A stretch of DNA of 64,000 nt, from assembly GCA_963723305.1 (NCBI GenBank), contig CAVRRT010000017.1:87-64086 (forward strand), read 5' to 3'. Position 1 is the first letter of the stretch. Every line of letters starts with the position of its first letter. Positions 1 to 11,541 of the stretch are shown here, piece by piece. The notes under the pieces are model-generated. The model was not told the origin of the DNA and did not search any database. It saw nothing but the letters and a program-made list of their open reading frames with translations. Source of the stretch: an uncultured Pseudomonadota bacterium. GTDB lineage: Bacteria > Myxococcota_A > Polyangia > Fen-1088. The position numbers and the translations under genes are program-made.

Positions 1-135
1 GGCATCACCGAGGCGTCGACGACGCGCAGACCCTCGACGCCGTGCACGCGCAGCTGCGGGTCGACCACCGCCTGCGGCCCGTGGCCCATCTGGCAGGTGC
101 CGACGGCCACCGCGATGTTGTTGACCGGCCGTGGG
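1..135 (-). pseudogene. GMC-family oxidoreductase C-terminal fragment, runs off the window start
   Basis: Minus-strand translation reads ...[41 protein letters not shown], the conserved C-terminal GMC (choline-dehydrogenase-like) signature. It has no start of its own and is in frame with the M13-like fragment upstream. Confidence 0.5.
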
Positions 136-174
136 GCATCATCGGACTGCGGCACTTTTTCGCCGATTTGCGCC

Positions 175-497
175 ACCTCGCAGCTCATGGCCGAGCCATA
201 GTTCTTGAGGTCGCCCGCGCTCCACCAATCGCGGACATTGCCGTGTTCGTCGTATTTCGATCCGATGGTGTCGATGCTGTGGATCAGCCCCTGCGCCGCC
301 AACACGCCCAACCCGCCGAAATTGACTGCCGGATCGGCGGCGTTGTCGAAGAGCGGCGGCTGAATCATGCCGGCCGGCAGGGTGAGGCTGTTCATCGAGG
401 GCGTGTAGCGCGCTTTGAGCGCCGTCGCGGCCATGTCCCATTCGTCTGGATCGACCGGCCGGTCGAGTTTGCTGAGCGTGTAATTGCGATCGAACGC
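175..497 (-). pseudogene. M13 (PepO/neprilysin-type) metallopeptidase internal fragment with degenerate zinc motif
   Basis: My own translation gives FDRNYTLSKLDRPVDPDEWDMAATALKARYTPSMNSLTLPAGMIQPPLFD..NFGGLGVLAAQGLIHSIDTIGSKYDEHGNVRDWWS. This follows the M13 core pattern, but HExxH is QGxxH. There is no start codon. It is absent from the ORF track because it has no stop inside the window. Confidence 0.5.
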
Positions 498-595
498 GGT
501 CCGAGCGTCACCTTGACCGTGTTGGCCAGGATGTTGAGCCCGGTCGCGATGCTCTGCCGGGCGTGCTGTGAATAGACGATTTCTTTGGCTGCCAT
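494..595 (-). pseudogene. groEL: groEL 5' fragment (about 33 codons only)
   Basis: MAAKEIVYSQHARQSIATGLNILANTVKVTLGP is a typical GroEL N-terminus, 113 nt downstream of groES. The rest of ORF 392..595 is non-GroEL sequence. Confidence 0.7.
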
Positions 596-708
596 GACTT
601 GTGTCTCCGTTCCTCAGTTACGTTGGTTTTTGAAAGGGTGGGGTGCGTCGGGCGAACGCCTTACCTGCGCGCCCGGCGTGTGACGGAGGAGAACCCTCCG
701 TCGACTGG

Positions 709-996
709 TTATTCGAGCACCGCGAGGATGTCGTCCTCGCGCAGGATCAGATGATCCGTTCCGTCGATCTTGATCTCGTTCCCCGAGTACTTGGAGAAGA
801 GGATCTTGTCGCCCGCCTTCACCTCCAGCTTGCGCAGCGAGCCGTTCTCCTGAACCTTGCCGTTGCCGACGGCGACGACCAGCGCCTCCATGGGCTTTTC
901 CTTGGCCGTGTCCGGGATGAAGAGCCCACCCGCGGTCTTGCTCTGCTCTTCGATGCGCTTCACCAGGATACGGTCGTACAGCGGTCGGATCTTCAT
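709..996 (-). CDS. groES: co-chaperonin GroES
   Basis: 95 aa, [35 protein letters not shown]...DDILAVLE. The ATG at 996 is preceded by GGAGAAG. The longer track ORF (to 1179) is an Arg/Pro-rich upstream extension. Confidence 0.95.
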   Translation of the reverse strand: MKIRPLYDRILVKRIEEQSKTAGGLFIPDTAKEKPMEALVVAVGNGKVQENGSLRKLEVKAGDKILFSKYSGNEIKIDGTDHLILREDDILAVLE

Positions 997-1045
997 GTCG
1001 CTTCTCCTTGGTCGAGTCGTGGGGAATGTCCGGGGCCGGCCTGAC

Positions 1046-1351
1046 CTAGGCGGCAGCCTCTGACTTTTTGGTTTCCTTGCTCGACTTGTTGGTCGAGCTG
1101 GAAGAGGTCGACGCTTCTTTGGTGGTCGAATCCTTGGAGGCACCCTGATCCTTGGCGCCGTTCGGCTTGGGACCGGCATAGAGGTCCGAGTACCAGCCTC
1201 CCCCCTTGAGCTTGAAGGAGGTCGCGCTGATCAGCTTGTCGACCTTCCGCGCCTTGCACTTGGGGCAGGTCTTGATGGGCTTGTCGCTCATCTTCTGCCA
1301 CTCCTCGAACTGGTGTCCGCAGGCGGCACAGGCGTACTCGTAGATCGGCAT
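1046..1351 (-). CDS. FmdB-family zinc-ribbon protein with Ser/Thr/Lys-rich tail
   Basis: [41 protein letters not shown] shows the CxxC...CxxC pattern of FmdB/CxxC_CxxC_SSSS proteins. Start taken at the internal ATG 1351. Confidence 0.7.
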   Translation of the reverse strand: MPIYEYACAACGHQFEEWQKMSDKPIKTCPKCKARKVDKLISATSFKLKGGGWYSDLYAGPKPNGAKDQGASKDSTTKEASTSSSSTNKSSKETKKSEAAA

Positions 1352-1359
1352 GCGCCGAG

Positions 1360-1387
1360 AGCTTAAGCACCCAGGCCCGGCTGTCAA
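1360..1387 (-). promoter_or_regulatory. candidate sigma70-type promoter for the fmdB-like gene (near-leaderless)
   Basis: Minus-sense TTGACA (1387-1382), 16-nt spacer, TAAGCT (1365-1360), then 8 nt to the ATG at 1351. No Shine-Dalgarno lies in between. It sits in a locally AT-rich spacer. Confidence 0.3.
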
Positions 1388-1518
1388 GCGAACGTCGAGA
1401 GTGCCAAAATCACGCCGATTACATCGTAATTCCGAGTACTTAGCTGCACACGGAAAACCCTTTGCGTGCTCGCGTCACGAAGAATTTAGGCGGCGGCTCT
1501 CCGGAACGGCGCGCTTTA

Positions 1519-2196
1519 CTACTTCCGGACGGCGCAGACGGCGCGGAGCCGGGCCAGCAGATCGTCGATCCGATCGCCGTAGAGCTTGGCCGCCGCGCGC
1601 CCCACGCAGATCCGGGCGCTGACCTCGAGGATCGTCTCCACCTCCCGCAGGCCGTGCTGGCGCAAGGTCTCCCCCGACGAGACGAGGTCGACGATCCGAT
1701 CGGCCAGGCCGACCAGCGGCGCGATCTCGATCGAGCCGTAGAGCTTGATGATCTCGGCGACGGTGCCGCGCGCCTGCAGGTGGCGCCGGGTGATCTCGGA
1801 GAACTTCGTGGCGTAGCGCAGGTGGACGTGGGCGTTCTCGTCGACCGGCTGGTCCTTCGGTTCGGCCACCACCATGCGGCAGCGGCCGATGCCGAGGTCG
1901 AGCGGTTCGTAGAGATCGCGATCCTGCTCCTCGAGGACGTCGCGCCCGGCGATCCCCAGGTGCGCGGCGCCGTGCTCGACGTAGGCCGGCACGTCGGTGT
2001 CGCGCACGATGAGGACGCGCAGATCGTGCTCCGGGATGGGGATGATGAGGCGGCGCCCGGCCCGCGCCTTCTCGGCCGCGCCGAGGTCGATGCCGGCGCG
2101 GGCGAACAGCGGCAGCGCCTCGTCGAGGATCCGCCCGCGCGGCAGCGCGATGGTGAGGATCGTTCTGGTCTCGGCGGCCTTGTCCGTTTTCTTCAC
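1519..2196 (-). CDS. hisG: ATP phosphoribosyltransferase (short form)
   Basis: [18 protein letters not shown]...[25 protein letters not shown]...[13 protein letters not shown] is HisG-like. The GTG start overlaps the murA stop (GTGA). Confidence 0.9.
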   Translation of the reverse strand: MKKTDKAAETRTILTIALPRGRILDEALPLFARAGIDLGAAEKARAGRRLIIPIPEHDLRVLIVRDTDVPAYVEHGAAHLGIAGRDVLEEQDRDLYEPLDLGIGRCRMVVAEPKDQPVDENAHVHLRYATKFSEITRRHLQARGTVAEIIKLYGSIEIAPLVGLADRIVDLVSSGETLRQHGLREVETILEVSARICVGRAAAKLYGDRIDDLLARLRAVCAVRK

Positions 2197-3457
2197 GCTG
2201 ATCCTCGTGCCCGACGAACGTCGGCGCCGAGCGCACGCAACTTCTTGTCCAGCCGATCATAGCCGCGGTCGAGATGATAGATGCGCAGAATATCGGTCTT
2301 CCCCTCGGCGACCAGGCCAGCGAGCACCAGACAGGCCGAGGCACGCAGATCGGTGGCCATCACCGTGGCGCCGGTCAGCTTGGTCGGCCCGCGCACGATC
2401 GCCGTCCGTCCCTCGACCACGATGTCGGCCCCCATCCGCTGCAGCTCGGGGACATGCATGTAGCGGTTCTCGAAGATGGTCTCCGAGAGGACCGACTGCC
2501 CGCGCGCGCGCGTGGTCAGCACCATGAACTGCGCCTGCATGTCGGTGGGGAATCCGGGGAACGGCTGCGTCGAGATGTCGGCCGGCTTGAACTCGCTCTT
2601 GCCGCGCACCCGGATGCCGTCCCCCTCGGCGGTCACCTCGGCGCCCGCGGCGCGCAGCTTGGCGATCACCGCCTCCAGGTGCTCCGGGAGACAGTCCCTC
2701 ACCAGCACGTCACCGCGGGTGATCGCCGCCGCCACCAGCAGCGTCCCCGCCTCGATGCGGTCGGGGATGACGGCGTGCTCGATCGGCTGCAGCTCGTCGA
2801 CCCCCTCGACGGTGATGAGCGACGACCCGGCGCCGCGGATCCGCGCCCCCATCTTGTTGAGCACCCGCCCGAGCTCCTCGACCTCCGGCTCGCGGGCGGC
2901 GTTCTCCAGCGTCGTACGCCCGCGGGCCAGCGCCGCGGCCATCATCAGATTTTCGGTGCCGGTGACGGTCGGCATGTCGAACACGATGGTCGCGCCGCGC
3001 AGCCGGCGGGCCCGGGCGTTGACGTAGCCGTGCTCGAGGTCGATGCGGGCCCCCATCGCCGCCAGCCCCTTGAGGTGCTGATCGATCGGGCGCGCGCCGA
3101 TGGCGCAGCCGCCGGGGAGAGAGACGCGCGCCTGACCGTGACGGGCCAGCAGCGGGCCGAGCACCAGCACCGACGCGCGCATCGTCTTGACCAGGTCGTA
3201 GGGCGCCTCGTACTCGTTGATCGTCGAGGTGTCGACGTGCGCCGTTCCGCGCTGGGGCTCGCTGAAACCGGCGCCGAGGCGCTCGAGCAGGCGCCCCATC
3301 GTCCGCACGTCGCCCAGCGCGGGCACGTTGCGGTAAATCGACCGCCCGCTCGCCAGCAGCGACGAGGCCAGGATCGGCAAGGCCGCGTTCTTCGAGCCGG
3401 AGACCCGGACCTCGCCCGCGAGGCGCGCGCCGCCGCGGATGACGATTCTTTCTGCAA
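2193..3457 (-). CDS. murA: UDP-N-acetylglucosamine 1-carboxyvinyltransferase MurA (start region has a 1-nt frame problem)
   Basis: The 395-aa track ORF is full-length MurA-like. Homology continues upstream as [27 protein letters not shown] with no in-frame start. TTG at 3457 (MQKE..., GAGG 8 nt upstream) is one frame off, across an AAA run at about 3450. Confidence 0.9.
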
Positions 3458-3468
3458 ACGCTAGCGCC

Positions 3469-3882
3469 TCAAGCGGCGGGCGGAGCCGCGTCGGCCGCCG
3501 GGGCGCCGGTTCCGGCGTGCTCGTCGCACAGGCCGCCCTTGGTGCGCGGCTTCCGGCAGGCTTCCTTGCTGCAAATCTTGTAGCGGTGAGCGGCGCCCAC
3601 CGTGCCGCGGCGCCAGCCGATGTAGTGCTTGCGGCAGTAGCCTTTCGCGCGCACCGCCTGCTTGCACTTGTCCGCGCGGCAGGTCGGGCCGTCGGTCACG
3701 GCCGCGGTGGCCTTCCCTTTGGCCTTGGCCGCCTTGTCGGACGTCTTGGCCGCCTTGGTGGCCGCCTTGTCAGCCGGCTTGGCCGAAGCCTTGGCCTGCT
3801 TGGCCGCCGCACCCTTGGAAGTTTCTTTGCTTTCTTGCGCCATGGCAGCGGCCGAGGATAGGCGGTCGCGAACGAGAGTCAA
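3469..3882 (-). CDS. small Lys/Ala-rich protein with two C-x4-C-x9-C-x2-H zinc-knuckle-like motifs
   Basis: The ORF has an AKxAAK-type basic N-terminal half. It then carries [20 protein letters not shown] and [19 protein letters not shown] with identical spacing. An alternative start is ATG 3843. Confidence 0.55.
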   Translation of the reverse strand: MTLVRDRLSSAAAMAQESKETSKGAAAKQAKASAKPADKAATKAAKTSDKAAKAKGKATAAVTDGPTCRADKCKQAVRAKGYCRKHYIGWRRGTVGAAHRYKICSKEACRKPRTKGGLCDEHAGTGAPAADAAPPAA

Positions 3883-3947
3883 GCCGGTCGACGTCTGGCC
3901 CGCCTCGGCCGTGATTCTGGGTGGGGCTGCGTGGTAGAGAGATCGGC

Positions 3948-5111
3948 ATGAAAATCGAGCTGGCCAACCGCATCCGAGAGCTGCCGCCCTATCTGTTCGC
4001 CCGCATCGACGCGCTCAAGAACGAAGAGCGCAAGAAGGGCAAAGACCTGATCGACCTCGGCATCGGCGATCCGGATCTGCCGACGCCCGACCACATCGTG
4101 GCGGCGTTGGCCGAGGCGGCGCGCGATCCGGGGACGCACCGCTATCCCTCGTACGTGGGGATGGAGGCTTTTCGCAAGGCGGCCGCCGAGTTCATGAAGT
4201 CGCGCTTCGGCCTGGCGTTCGATCCGCAGAAGGAGGTCATCTGCGTCATCGGCTCGAAGGAGGCGATCGCCCACTTCCCCTTCGCCTTCGTCAACCCGGG
4301 GGACGTCGTCCTCTGCCCCGACCCCGGCTATCCGGTCTACGCGACGCTGACCCGCTTCGCGGGGGGCGAGCCCTACTTCCTGCCGCTGCGGCGGGAGAAC
4401 GGCTTTCTGCCGGATCTCGAGGCCATCCCGGCCGAGGTCGCAAGGCGGGCGAAGATCCTCTGGATCAACTACCCGAACAACCCGACCGCCGCGCTGACCG
4501 CGCCGGGGTTCTACGAGAAGGTGGTGGCCTTCGCGCAGAAGAACGACGTCATCGTGGCCAGCGATCTCGCCTACAGCGAGATGTACTACGAGGCGCCGCC
4601 GCCTTCATTTCTGGAGACGCCCGGCGCGCGCGAGGTCGGCATCGAGTTCCACTCGCTGTCGAAGACCTACAACATGACCGGCTGGCGCGTCGGCTGGGCC
4701 TGCGGCAACGCCACGCTGGTCGGCGGGCTCGGCCAGGTGAAGACCAACGTCGACTCGGGCGCCTTCGACGCCATCCAGCGCGCCGCCATCGCCGCGCTCA
4801 GCGGCGATCAGGCCTGCGTGGCGCGGCAGCGCGCCATCTACCGCGAGCGGCGCGACGTCCTGTGCGGCGGCCTCCTCAAGGCCGGGTTCGACGTGCTGAC
4901 GCCCAAGGCCAGCTTCTACACGCTGGTCGCCAACCCCAAGGGCCTGACGTCGATCGAATTCGCCGCGCGGCTGCTCGGCGAGGCCGGCATCGTGGCCACG
5001 CCGGCGACCGGCTTCGGCGCTGCCGGCGAGGGCTACGTGCGCCTCACGATCTGCGCCGACAAGGCGCGCCTCGCCGAGGCGGTGGATCGCATGGCCAAGC
5101 TGAAGTTCTGA
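3948..5111 (+). CDS. class I/II aminotransferase, LL-diaminopimelate aminotransferase-like
   Basis: LPPYLFARID...LIDLGIGDPDLPTP...NYPNNPT...SLSKTYNMTGWRVGW (PLP lysine context). Start at MKIELANR. Confidence 0.8.
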   Translation: MKIELANRIRELPPYLFARIDALKNEERKKGKDLIDLGIGDPDLPTPDHIVAALAEAARDPGTHRYPSYVGMEAFRKAAAEFMKSRFGLAFDPQKEVICVIGSKEAIAHFPFAFVNPGDVVLCPDPGYPVYATLTRFAGGEPYFLPLRRENGFLPDLEAIPAEVARRAKILWINYPNNPTAALTAPGFYEKVVAFAQKNDVIVASDLAYSEMYYEAPPPSFLETPGAREVGIEFHSLSKTYNMTGWRVGWACGNATLVGGLGQVKTNVDSGAFDAIQRAAIAALSGDQACVARQRAIYRERRDVLCGGLLKAGFDVLTPKASFYTLVANPKGLTSIEFAARLLGEAGIVATPATGFGAAGEGYVRLTICADKARLAEAVDRMAKLKF

Positions 5112-5185
5112 GGCGCCGGCGCCTGGCCGCCTGAAAGTCCGCTTTGTTGCGGTCCGATCCGTCGCCGCTCGGTTAGGATCAGCCA

Positions 5186-6136
5186 ATGGTCGAGCCCATC
5201 GCGATCTCGCTCGGTGATCCCGCCGGGATCGGCCCGGAGATCGTGGCGCGGGCGCTGGCCGAGCGACCGGAGGCAAGCGTGGTCGTGTTCGGGGACGCAG
5301 GCGTGCTGGCGCGCGCGGCGAAGACGGCGGGAGTCGCGCCGCCGCGCGCGCGCCTCTACGCCGCGACCCACCTCCGTCCGGACGAGGTCACGCCGGGGAA
5401 ACCCAACGACGCCTCGGGACGCGCGCAGCTGGCCTACCTGACGGCGGCCGTCGACGCGGCGCTGGCCGGCGAGGTCTCGGCGCTGGTCACCGCGCCGATC
5501 TCCAAGGAATGGATCGCGCGCGCCGGGTTCAAGTTTCCCGGGCACACCGAGTATCTCGCCGCGCGTGCCGGCGTCGAAGAATTCGCCATGATGCTGGCCG
5601 GCCCCAGGCTGCGCGTCACCGTGGTGACCACCCACGTACCATTCAAAGACGTGCCGCGCCTGCTCACGGTCGAGGGCATCGCCTCGACGATCTGGCTGAC
5701 GGCCGAGGCGCTGGCGCGGCGCTTCGGCATCGCCGCGCCGCGCGTCGCCGTGGCCGGCCTCAATCCCCACGCCGGCGAGGCGGGCCGCTTCGGCGACGAA
5801 GAAGAACGGCTGGTGAAGCCGGCGGTGGCCAAAGCACGCGCCCGGATCGCCGCCGCCGGATTGAACGCCACCGTCGACGGCCCGCTGGTGCCCGACTCCG
5901 TCTTTCGCCAGGCCGCCGGCGGCGCCTACGACGCGGTGGTCGCGCTCTACCACGACCAGGGCCTCATCCCGCTCAAGCTGCTCCACTTCGACGACGGCGT
6001 GAACCTCACGCTCGGCTTGCCGTTCGTGCGCACCTCGCCGGATCACGGCACCGCCTACGACATCGCCGGCACCGGCGTGGCCCGCGCGCAAAGCTTCCTG
6101 GCGGCGTTCGATCTGGCGCGCGCCACGGCCCGCTGA
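5186..6136 (+). CDS. pdxA: 4-hydroxythreonine-4-phosphate dehydrogenase
   Basis: IAISLGDPAGIGPEI...GHTEYLA...GLNPHAGE...HDQGLIPLK...RTSPDHGTA are PdxA hallmarks. Confidence 0.9.
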   Translation: MVEPIAISLGDPAGIGPEIVARALAERPEASVVVFGDAGVLARAAKTAGVAPPRARLYAATHLRPDEVTPGKPNDASGRAQLAYLTAAVDAALAGEVSALVTAPISKEWIARAGFKFPGHTEYLAARAGVEEFAMMLAGPRLRVTVVTTHVPFKDVPRLLTVEGIASTIWLTAEALARRFGIAAPRVAVAGLNPHAGEAGRFGDEEERLVKPAVAKARARIAAAGLNATVDGPLVPDSVFRQAAGGAYDAVVALYHDQGLIPLKLLHFDDGVNLTLGLPFVRTSPDHGTAYDIAGTGVARAQSFLAAFDLARATAR

Positions 6137-6696
6137 CTACCGGAAGCGGTAGGTGCGCTCGACGACGAGCAGGCCGCTGGGGTGCTTGGCGAACACCCAC
6201 TCGCTGAGGACGCGCTTGGCGCAGGCGGCGATCTCCAGATCGGTCCCCGGCGCCGCGATCGCCTCCGCATCGCGAACCTGGCCGTCCGGCTTGACGGTGA
6301 ATCGAATCATGACCTCCTTCGCCGCCAGCTTCTGCGGGGAGATTCTGTCGCCGGCGCGCGATCTCCACGCGGCAGGCGCTCACCGGCGTCTCCGTCGGGC
6401 GGAGCTCTTCCTCGGCCAGCCCCGGCCCGGGAGCGGCCTCTTCGGACGACCGAGAGGTCTCGTCGCGCTCGGGGCGAACCTCAGGCACGCGGGCCACTCT
6501 GCCCGCCTCCGCCGCCGGTGGCACGATCCGACTGGGGGCGATTCTGACTCGAAGACTGAGGCGTGTAGGTGCCGATCCGCCCGGTGGTCCCAAGCGCCTG
6601 ATCGAGACCGCTGAGGCCCGTCGAGGGCGGCTCAGCCGAGGCGGACCCGCAGAGCAGAACGACCGTCAGACCGGACACCAACCACCGCGCCACCAT
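6137..6696 (-). pseudogene. TonB/AgmX-like C-terminal-domain protein, apparently split over three frames
   Basis: A signal/TM segment (MVARWLVSGLTVVLLCGSASA, 6696 frame) is followed by a Pro/Glu-rich middle in another frame. The C-terminus is MIRFTVKPDGQVRDAEAIAAPGTDLEIAACAKRVLSEWVFAKHPSGLLVVERTYRFR (6310-6137), TonB_C-like. Confidence 0.4.
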
Positions 6697-6836
6697 CCAT
6701 CCCCCAATCCCTCAAATCGCAAGATGCCGGCCAATCCGAGACGCCGCGGCCTGCCGCGTTCACGGAGCGTGACGTTACACCACGGTAAAGTGACGGACGG
6801 CGGCGACGACGAAACGGTGACGCGTCCGGTGGCGCG

Positions 6837-6904
6837 GGCGTTGCCGTGAGGCAACGGTGAGCGGAGCGAACCATGCCCGACGCCGTGCCGCCCGGAGGCG
6901 GCCC
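6837..6904. repeat. intergenic double-hairpin repeat, copy A
   Basis: GGCGTTGCCGTGAGGCAACGGTGAGCGGAGCGAAC...TGCCGCCCGGAGGCGGCCC. It contains a 7-bp stem CGTTGCC/GGCAACG with a GTGA loop, and a 6-bp stem GCCGCC/GGCGGC. A near-identical copy lies at 29827-29900. Confidence 0.6.
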
Positions 6905-6910
6905 AAAGGC

Positions 6911-7252
6911 CTAGCCGGGCAGGAGCGAGATCGCCTTCTCCGGACAGGAGACGACGCACAACCCACAGGCGCGGCACTGGTCCGCGGCGGGTGTGTAGGC
7001 CGTCTGGCGGCGGTGGGCGACGCTCTTCAGGCGCCCCAGGATCGACAGCCGCGCGAAGTCGGCGTCGTCGATCCGGCGAACCTCGAACACGCCGTAGGGG
7101 CAGACCTCCACGCAGTCACGCTTTCCTTCACAGCGCGTGCGATCGACGACCGGGCGAAGCTGGCCGGGGGCGGCGCGGCACTGCTCGCCGGGGCGGTCGG
7201 GGTGCTTCGCGGCGCGACGCGCCTTCTCGGTCTCGATCCGGGGTTCGCTCAT
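6911..7252 (-). CDS. 4Fe-4S ferredoxin-type protein
   Basis: Two cluster motifs: CEGKRDCVEVCP and CRACGLCVVSCP. Confidence 0.8.
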   Translation of the reverse strand: MSEPRIETEKARRAAKHPDRPGEQCRAAPGQLRPVVDRTRCEGKRDCVEVCPYGVFEVRRIDDADFARLSILGRLKSVAHRRQTAYTPAADQCRACGLCVVSCPEKAISLLPG

Positions 7253-7306
7253 GACTCGAATCCTAGGCCGCGCGCCTCCGACCTTTCATGAAGAAGTGTG
7301 TCGGCG

Positions 7307-8479
7307 CTACTCGACCAGCGCCGCCTTGATCTCGGGGATCCAGCGCCCGGTGAAGCCGAGCTCGGCGTAGGCGGCGAAGTTGCGGCAGAAATCCCAGTAA
7401 CCCCATCCGAAGCCGCGCTTCTCGGCTTCGGTGCGCGCGGTGCGGACCCAGTGGCCGCGCGAGACCGCGTCGCCGTTGATGCCGGCGCCGAACTCGCCGA
7501 GGTAGATGCGCATCCCGGTCCGGTCGGCGAACGCCTTGGCCATCTCCATCTGCTCGATGATGGCGGCCGGCCCGCCCGGGTTGGTGTCGGCAGGCTCGCG
7601 GTTGTAGCGCTGAAAAAACGCGTGCCCCTCGGGGTAGGCGTCCGCCGCGGGGACCGGCGTCACCGGCGCCGCAGGCGGGCCGGGGAAGGTCACCCCGCGC
7701 GTCTGGTACCAGGGCTCCATCCAGCTGAACCCTTGATGCGTGAAGTACATCGGGGCGTACATGTGAAAGCTGGCGATGAGGTTGGGATCGCCGGCGGGGA
7801 CTAGCAGTGTGTCGCGCAGATCCTTCGCCGACGCCCAGTGCGCCCCCTCGACGATGATCAGGCGATCGGGATCGATCTCCCGGATGGCGGCGACGGCGCG
7901 GGCGAGGATGGGGTTCCAGGCCTCGGCGGTCAGCTTGTCGGTCGGCTCGTTGAGGACCTCGAAGACCACCGCGCGTGGCATGCCGCGGTAGTGCGCGGCG
8001 ATCTGCCGCCAGAGCCCCACCAGACGATCGGCGTGCGCACGCGGCGCCTTCATCATCGGGATGTAGTGGTGCATGTCGATGATGATCCCCAGATCGTTGG
8101 AGAGCGCCTGGTCGACCGCCCAGTCCATGCGGCGCAGGAAGCGCTTCTCGATGGCGTAAGGGGCCTGGGCGGCAGCGTGCGAGGAGATGCGCATCGGCAC
8201 GCGCACGTGATCGAAGCCGGCCTCGCGCACCGCCTGGAAGTCGGACGCCGAGATCGTCCAGCCCCAATCCCCTTCGTTCGGCGCGTCCATGGCGTCGCCG
8301 AAGTTCATGCCGCGCTTGAGATCGCCGGTGGCGTGCGTCTGCGCCCGGCCGGTCTTGAACGCCTCGATCCGCTCGGAGGTTCCGGCGCAGCCCGCCAACA
8401 GGAGGCCAATGAGCGCCGCAACCATTCCTGGGACCAACCAACGCGCGTCAGCATTGTGACCCGCCCGCGGCAGACTCAT
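7307..8479 (-). CDS. GH5 endoglucanase (cellulase) lipoprotein
   Basis: Lipobox LLLAGC. GH5 pattern: GMNFGD..., IIDMHHY, VVFEVLNEP (acid/base) and IYLGEFGA (nucleophile). Confidence 0.85.
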   Translation of the reverse strand: MSLPRAGHNADARWLVPGMVAALIGLLLAGCAGTSERIEAFKTGRAQTHATGDLKRGMNFGDAMDAPNEGDWGWTISASDFQAVREAGFDHVRVPMRISSHAAAQAPYAIEKRFLRRMDWAVDQALSNDLGIIIDMHHYIPMMKAPRAHADRLVGLWRQIAAHYRGMPRAVVFEVLNEPTDKLTAEAWNPILARAVAAIREIDPDRLIIVEGAHWASAKDLRDTLLVPAGDPNLIASFHMYAPMYFTHQGFSWMEPWYQTRGVTFPGPPAAPVTPVPAADAYPEGHAFFQRYNREPADTNPGGPAAIIEQMEMAKAFADRTGMRIYLGEFGAGINGDAVSRGHWVRTARTEAEKRGFGWGYWDFCRNFAAYAELGFTGRWIPEIKAALVE

Positions 8480-8673
8480 GCGCGGCGGTCTCAAAAACGA
8501 CAGATTCGTCGGCGACAAACCCAGCGGCAAAGTCATCGGCGACTCCATCGAGCGGACGAGCTTAACCCGTTTGCCGTCTACCAGCCGTGATAGGGTATAG
8601 CCGGTCGGAATCTGATCTGGCTGCGCGTCGCCACTTCATAAGGCGCGCTTCCAGAGGAGCCGCGCCGGCAGCA

Positions 8674-11534
<2,861 letters not shown>

Positions 11535-11541
11535 GCCGGCC

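Noticed and set aside
392-595. 67-aa ORF, considered as a functional mini-GroEL or leader peptide.
   Set aside because: Only the first ~33 residues are GroEL. The remainder is an out-of-frame read of the M13-like fragment. It is best explained as a truncation junction.
1395-1450. Possible CIRCE/HrcA operator or sigma-54 promoter (minus-sense TTGGCACTC) upstream of the fmdB-groES region.
   Set aside because: Only one half-site-like 9-mer is present, with no inverted partner 9 nt away. No TTGC lies at the -12 position after TGGCAC.
6006-6593. 195-aa ORF and overlapping ORFs (6055..6270, 6153..6614, 6182..6547), considered as separate genes.
   Set aside because: Their products are Arg/Pro-rich nonsense. 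The only homology-bearing pieces belong to one TonB-like gene split across frames.
8480-8673. Search for an SOS (LexA) box upstream of uvrA.
   Set aside because: No palindrome resembling the E. coli-type or the myxobacterial CTRHAMRYBYGTTCAGS-type box was seen.
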